This document shows positions 59,235 to 64,000 of a stretch of 64,000 bases of DNA, one piece after another (the first letter of the stretch is position 1; each line of letters opens with the position of its first letter). The DNA comes from the human T2T-CHM13v2.0 reference genome, Homo sapiens. The stretch is from NCBI RefSeq assembly GCF_009914755.1, contig NC_060943.1. One strand, given 5' to 3'. The position numbers and the translations under genes are program-made. The notes beneath the pieces were generated by a model. The model was not told the origin of the DNA. It saw nothing but the letters and a program-made list of their open reading frames with translations, and did not search any database.

Positions 59235-61725
59235 CCTTCTCGCTCTTTCCGTGGCCCTCTCTTTCTGTCTCTGTCCGTCTGTGTGTGCGTGCGCCTCGGG
59301 ACACATGTGCCCTGTGCGCCGGAGGGTGGGTTTCTTGCACGTCGGCCTTTCTTCTGGTCAGCCTCTCCCCGCGTCTCTGCCTGGGTCGTGTGGCCGGTTG
59401 GCAGTCGTCGTCCCGGCGGTTCCAGTTTGGGGGTCTGTGAAGGCCTGGGCAACGTGGGCATCGGCGTCGGACCCGCAGGGGTTTTCATCCCCTCCCCATC
59501 CGGAGCAGCCTCTTTGCTAGGCTGGATCCAGACGAGCGCTCCCCAACCAAGGACAACGGCCTCCCAGGCGCTCATCGTCCACCCGCAGGAGGGTGCCCGC
59601 AGAGCTTCAAGAAGGTGGTTGTCACGCCTGTCGCCCTCTGCCCTCATCGAGAAATGTAGCCACAGCTCGACGCAGGGACGGAGAAGGAAGCCGGCAAGGG
59701 GATGGGGCAAGCATGTCTGTCTCTCAAAGGCTGGCCTTCCTGGCCGAGTCACCCGTTTGACACTCCTCCCCGGATGCCGGTGGTGGTGGCATGGCCCCCC
59801 CGTATCCTGCCTGGGCTCTGGCCTCTGCTCTGACCTCCCTCTTGCTGTGTCTGCCCCGCCTCTGAGAAGCCTGGCGGCTTCTTAGTGTGGCTCAGTGTCT
59901 TCCACAAAGAAGACTTCCCCGTCCATCAGGGAGAAACCTCGTGGCGGTCCGCGTCATGATTGTTTCCCTCTCCACACCTCTTTCTGGATGATTGGGCAGC
60001 TGTGGTGATCCTGGAGCTCTGGGCTTCCATACCTGTGTGGGACAGGGAAGCTCTCTCGGTCTCCATGGCCCAAGTGATGGCTGCACGCTCGGTCCAGGAA
60101 GAGGCGGAGGCAAGCCCACCGCTCCTGACATTGGCCTTCTAGGAAAGGCGGTGTTGCATCCCACCTGCACTTCCTCTCTGATTCTTGAGGGCCAACCGCT
60201 TCCTCCGCTCCTGGGGAAAGTGCCTTCTAGCACCGAATCTTTTGGCTGCCACGGATGTCAGGGAGCCAACGGGACTGGGTTTTGGCTGGGTGCAGGGGAG
60301 GTTGCGTCAGGGGTACCTAGCCGGCGGCGGGCTGGGGGTGGGGTGTACTTTGTCCAAACCTCTCGGCTCCTCTGGCGGGCCTCCCTGAACGTGGCGTGGA
60401 CTCGCGCACAGGCCCTGTCTCGCAGGTTTTCAGGTGCGCTTGGCTTTTCCTCCGCTTTGTGGGGCAGGTCTCCAGTGGCCCCCCGGGCGCACGCCTGGAC
60501 ATCACTGTCCGTCTCGTCGTCGCCCCCTACGGCCTCAAAGACACACGCTGCCTGCATGTGCTCTTGGGGGACGACAGTGCCACATGTGGACACACTGGCT
60601 CCAGCTCGGACTCGCCTCTGTCTCTCTTTGCCCGTGTCGCCGGAAGCCGCCTCGGGTTGCCGGAGCCCTCGGGCCTTGGAGATGAAGGCAGGCCCCTGCT
60701 CCTGCCAGGAAGGAGGGAGGCAGTGGGCTCATGGGTCGGTGCCTTTGCAGCCGACAGCACGCCTTGCGGCCCTGGGGATCTTCCTGTGCCCCGGCGAGAC
60801 CCTTTCCGCCTCACTGCATTGGAACCCCATTCCCGATCACCCGCTGGGATCCATCATCGGACCCCAAGAGGAGTCCGCGCAGCCCAGCCGGCACCCCGAA
60901 GCTCCTCCTTCAGTGGGAACCGAAGCAGAAGAGCGATCAAGGAGGTCCTCACCACAGGACTCCTATGGGTCCGACCCTGGGTCTCCCGCAGGCCCCTCTG
61001 GCAGTCCTCTTCCCACCCGCCGCCTCGGGCTGCGCCTTCGCCGCCGCCGCCGCAACCTCCAGCACCGCCGCCCCAGGCCCCGCAGCCGCCGCGTCGCCGC
61101 CATTTTTTAAAGGGTCCGCAGCCTGACTCTGCGGAGTAAGGGGGGGTGGAGCGGGGGAGTCGGCCTCGCCAGCGCGCATGCGCGAGGCCCGAGCCGCCGC
61201 TTGGGTCACAGTGAAAGCCACCGTTGCCCGGGGATGGGTCCCTGACACTTGGGGAAGTAGGAGCCCTGTGTGATCGTGCGTCTGAGTCTGGGCTGAGACC
61301 AGTCCTGGCCAGGGCAGTTACCAGGACGGTCTCCGGAGGCCGGGATTCGCGGAGGGTCCAGCAGCAGGAAGAAACCCCAGGAGGAAGAAACCTCAGACAG
61401 ATCGCCGGCGAGGCAGCGCGGGATCCCAGCCTCAGGCGTGCGCGGACGGTGTGCGGGTGAGTCTCCCCAAAAGTGGAGCCCTTGTGATGACGAGCACAGG
61501 TCCGCCTGCGTGCCCGTGGGCTGCTCTCTCACCGGTGGCTCTCAGTCGCGGAGAGCAGAACCCGGCAGCTTCAGGGGCTGCCTGCGGGAGGGTGTTCCCT
61601 GCTGTACGTGTGTGTTCGTCATGGGTGTGTGTGTGTGTGTGTTGGGGGGGGTGCGTCTGTGTGTGTGTCTGTGTGTGTGCGCGCGCAGTGCCTGTCTGTG
61701 TGCCGACTTCTGTCTCTCTCTCACG

Positions 61726-61757
<32 letters not shown>

Positions 61758-64000
61758 CCTTCTCGCTCTTTCCGTGGCCCTCTCTTTCTGTCTCTGTCCG
61801 TCTGTGTGTGCGTGCGCCTCGGGACACATGTGCCCTGTGCGCCGGAGGGTGGGTTTCTTGCACGTCGGCCTTTCTTCTGGTCAGCCTCTCCCCGCGTCTC
61901 TGCCTGGGTCGTGTGGCCGGTTGGCAGTCGTCGTCCCGGCGGTTCCAGTTTGGGGGTCTGTGAAGGCCTGGGCAACGTGGGCATCGGCGTCGGACCCGCA
62001 GGGGTTTTCATCCCCTCCCCATCCGGAGCAGCCTCTTTGCTAGGCTGGATCCAGACGAGCGCTCCCCAACCAAGGACAACGGCCTCCCAGGCGCTCATCG
62101 TCCACCCGCAGGAGGGTGCCCGCAGAGCTTCAAGAAGGTGGTTGTCACGCCTGTCGCCCTCTGCCCTCATCGAGAAATGTAGCCACAGCTCGACGCAGGG
62201 ACGGAGAAGGAAGCCGGCAAGGGGATGGGGCAAGCATGTCTGTCTCTCAAAGGCTGGCCTTCCTGGCCGAGTCACCCGTTTGACACTCCTCCCCGGATGC
62301 CGGTGGTGGTGGCATGGCCCCCCCGTATCCTGCCTGGGCTCTGGCCTCTGCTCTGACCTCCCTCTTGCTGTGTCTGCCCCGCCTCTGAGAAGCCTGGCGG
62401 CTTCTTAGTGTGGCTCAGTGTCTTCCACAAAGAAGACTTCCCCGTCCATCAGGGAGAAACCTCGTGGCGGTCCGCGTCATGATTGTTTCCCTCTCCACAC
62501 CTCTTTCTGGATGATTGGGCAGCTGTGGTGATCCTGGAGCTCTGGGCTTCCATACCTGTGTGGGACAGGGAAGCTCTCTCGGTCTCCATGGCCCAAGTGA
62601 TGGCTGCACGCTCGGTCCAGGAAGAGGCGGAGGCAAGCCCACCGCTCCTGACATTGGCCTTCTAGGAAAGGCGGTGTTGCATCCCACCTGCACTTCCTCT
62701 CTGATTCTTGAGGGCCAACCGCTTCCTCCGCTCCTGGGGAAAGTGCCTTCTAGCACCGAATCTTTTGGCTGCCACGGATGTCAGGGAGCCAACGGGACTG
62801 GGTTTTGGCTGGGTGCAGGGGAGGTTGCGTCAGGGGTACCTAGCCGGCGGCGGGCTGGGGGTGGGGTGTACTTTGTCCAAACCTCTCGGCTCCTCTGGCG
62901 GGCCTCCCTGAACGTGGCGTGGACTCGCGCACAGGCCCTGTCTCGCAGGTTTTCAGGTGCGCTTGGCTTTTCCTCCGCTTTGTGGGGCAGGTCTCCAGTG
63001 GCCCCCCGGGCGCACGCCTGGACATCACTGTCCGTCTCGTCGTCGCCCCCTACGGCCTCAAAGACACACGCTGCCTGCATGTGCTCTTGGGGGACGACAG
63101 TGCCACATGTGGACACGCTGGCTCCAGCTCGGACTCGCCTCTGTCTCTCTTTGCCCGTGTCGCCGGAAGCCGCCTCGGGTTGCCGGAGCCCTCGGGCCTT
63201 GGAGATGAAGGCAGGCCCCTGCTCCTGCCAGGAAGGAGGGAGGCAGTGGGCTCATGGGTCGGTGCCTTTGCAGCCGACAGCACGCCTTGCGGCCCTGGGG
63301 ATCTTCCTGTGCCCCGGCGAGACCCTTTCCGCCTCACTGCATTGGAACCCCATTCCCGATCACCCGCTGGGATCCATCATCGGACCCCAAGAGGAGTCCG
63401 CGCAGCCCAGCCGGCACCCCGAAGCTCCTCCTTCAGTGGGAACCGAAGCAGAAGAGCGATCAAGGAGGTCCTCACCACAGGACTCATGGGTCCGACCATG
63501 GGTCTCCCGCAGGCCCCTCTGGCAGTCCTCTTCCCACCCGCCGCCTCGGGCTGCGCCTTCGCCGCCGCCGCCGCAACCTCCAGCACCGCCGCCCCAGGCC
63601 CCGCAGCCGCCGCGTCGCCGCCATTTTTTAAAGGGTCCGCAGCCTGACTCTGCGGAGTAAGGGGGGGTGGAGCGGGGGAGTCGGCCTCGCCAGCGCGCAT
63701 GCGCGAGGCCCGAGCCGCCGCTTGGGTCACAGTGAAAGCCACCGTTGCCCGGGGATGGGTCCCTGACACTTGGGGAAGTAGGAGCCCTGTGTGATCGTGC
63801 GTCTGAGTCTGGGCTGAGACCAGTCCTGGCCAGGGCAGTTACCAGGACGGTCTCCGGAGGCCGGGATTCGCGGAGGGTCCAGCAGCAGGAAGAAACCCCA
63901 GGAGGAAGAAACCTCAGACAGATCGCCGGCGAGGCAGCGCGGGATCCCAGCCTCAGGCGTGCGCGGACGGTGTGCGGGTGAGTCTCCCCAAAAGTGGAGC

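Larger units (their letters stand above)
1635..64000. repeat. GC/CpG-rich ~2.5 kb macrosatellite array, SST1 (SstI/MER22)-like: 24 complete units plus 1 partial, continuing beyond the window
   Basis: Unit starts (ctggccttc anchor): 1635, 4054, 6578, 9079, 11620, 14161, 16685, 19234, 21767, 24300, 26829, 29370, 31897, 34423, 36964, 39499, 42028, 44561, 47094, 49613, 52144, 54673, 57196, 59731, 62254. The period is 2419 for unit 1 and 2501-2549 afterwards. I see one GAGCTC (SstI/SacI) site per unit (e.g. 1915-1920, 6861-6866; mutated in unit 2), consistent with the classic 2.5 kb SstI repeat. The tandem structure is certain; the family name comes from recognition. Confidence 0.9.

Noticed and set aside
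1635-64000. CRISPR array, rDNA, D4Z4/DUX4 or other gene-bearing macrosatellite
   Set aside because: No short repeat-spacer pattern, no rRNA sequence and no homeodomain or other known ORF. Unit size and the single SstI site fit SST1.
11620-64000. Artificial or assembly-duplicated repeat
   Set aside because: Units carry distinct combinations of SNPs, indels and TC lengths, with a natural edge gradient. Copy number and order still need read validation.

Overview
Primate (very likely human) genomic DNA with no recognisable protein-coding gene. Bases 1-1634 are the 5' part of a minus-strand HERV-H provirus: internal leader, tRNA-His primer-binding site at 1185-1202 and an LTR7-type 5' LTR at 1205-1634. 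From 1635 to the end of the window is a head-to-tail GC/CpG-rich macrosatellite of about 2.5 kb units (24 full units plus one partial). It looks like the SST1 (SstI/MER22) family, whose 2.4-2.5 kb arrays are known on chr4q28 and chr19q13; the locus cannot be fixed from the sequence alone. Unit 1 is clearly diverged, unit 2 is a diverged/consensus chimera, and units 3-25 are near-identical. Their shared SNPs and indels suggest multi-unit duplications at 9- and 5-unit offsets. Each unit has a promoter-like module (YY1 core, G-rich boxes, NRF1 palindrome), a compound (GT)n/(CT)n microsatellite, and a 46-codon minus-strand ORF that falls below the ORF-track cutoff. The start and stop of that ORF survive all observed variants. 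The hundreds of ORFs in the supplied track are the same GC-driven frames repeated once per unit.
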